Positions 63,807 through 64,000 of a stretch of DNA of 64,000 nt are shown here, piece by piece. The translations under genes were made by a program, and so were the position numbers. Numbering within the stretch: the first letter of the stretch is position 1; each line of letters starts with the position of its first letter. This stretch comes from Callorhinchus milii (taxonomy: Eukaryota). The notes beneath the pieces are model-generated. The model was not told the origin of the DNA. It worked only from the letters and a program-made list of their open reading frames with translations, and ran no database searches. The stretch spans positions 79,238,001-79,302,000 of the forward strand of contig NW_024704743.1 in the NCBI RefSeq assembly GCF_018977255.1, read 5' to 3'.

Positions 63807-64000
63807 CATTCAGGATTCTGAATGCTAGGTTGAGAAGGTTTCTGCTTATACAATAAAGAACCTACTTGAAGGCTTGCTTTTGAAATCTATTTCCTCATCC
63901 TGTAGGTTCCACTGTCAGATCTATTGCAAAGGCTGTGGTGAATGCTGTGTTGATCTGGAATGTACACAATACGGTGGTATAGATTTGTTTATAATCCTAG

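Overview
Vertebrate genomic DNA. The repeat content suggests a cartilaginous fish, probably a chimaera such as Callorhinchus, but this is inferred from repeat families only. Bases 2601-31691 (+) hold the last 15 coding exons of ASAP1 (end of PH domain, ArfGAP zinc finger, ankyrin repeats, proline-rich region, SH3). They splice into one open frame of about 793 aa with GT-AG introns, followed by a TE-free 3' UTR of about 3 kb. Introns and the downstream intergenic region are dense with L2 and CR1 LINE fragments, tRNA-Ala-headed and Deu-type SINEs that share the L2 3' tail, and MITE-like elements. Near 58.4-60.8 kb a CpG-retaining, TE-free candidate promoter with non-coding first exon(s), possibly of CYRIB/FAM49B by synteny, sits between two long TG/G-rich tracts. 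The most notable observations are: (1) a composite Penelope-like insertion with a 14-bp TSD that carries an intact minimal hammerhead ribozyme core in the sense strand of an ASAP1 intron plus a 160-bp copy of sequence found 7 kb away; (2) an expanded, His-rich 27-bp/9-aa tandem repeat in the ASAP1 proline-rich exon; (3) a four-level nested TE stack; (4) a duplicated piece of the 3' UTR. I found no evidence of a wholly new gene system.
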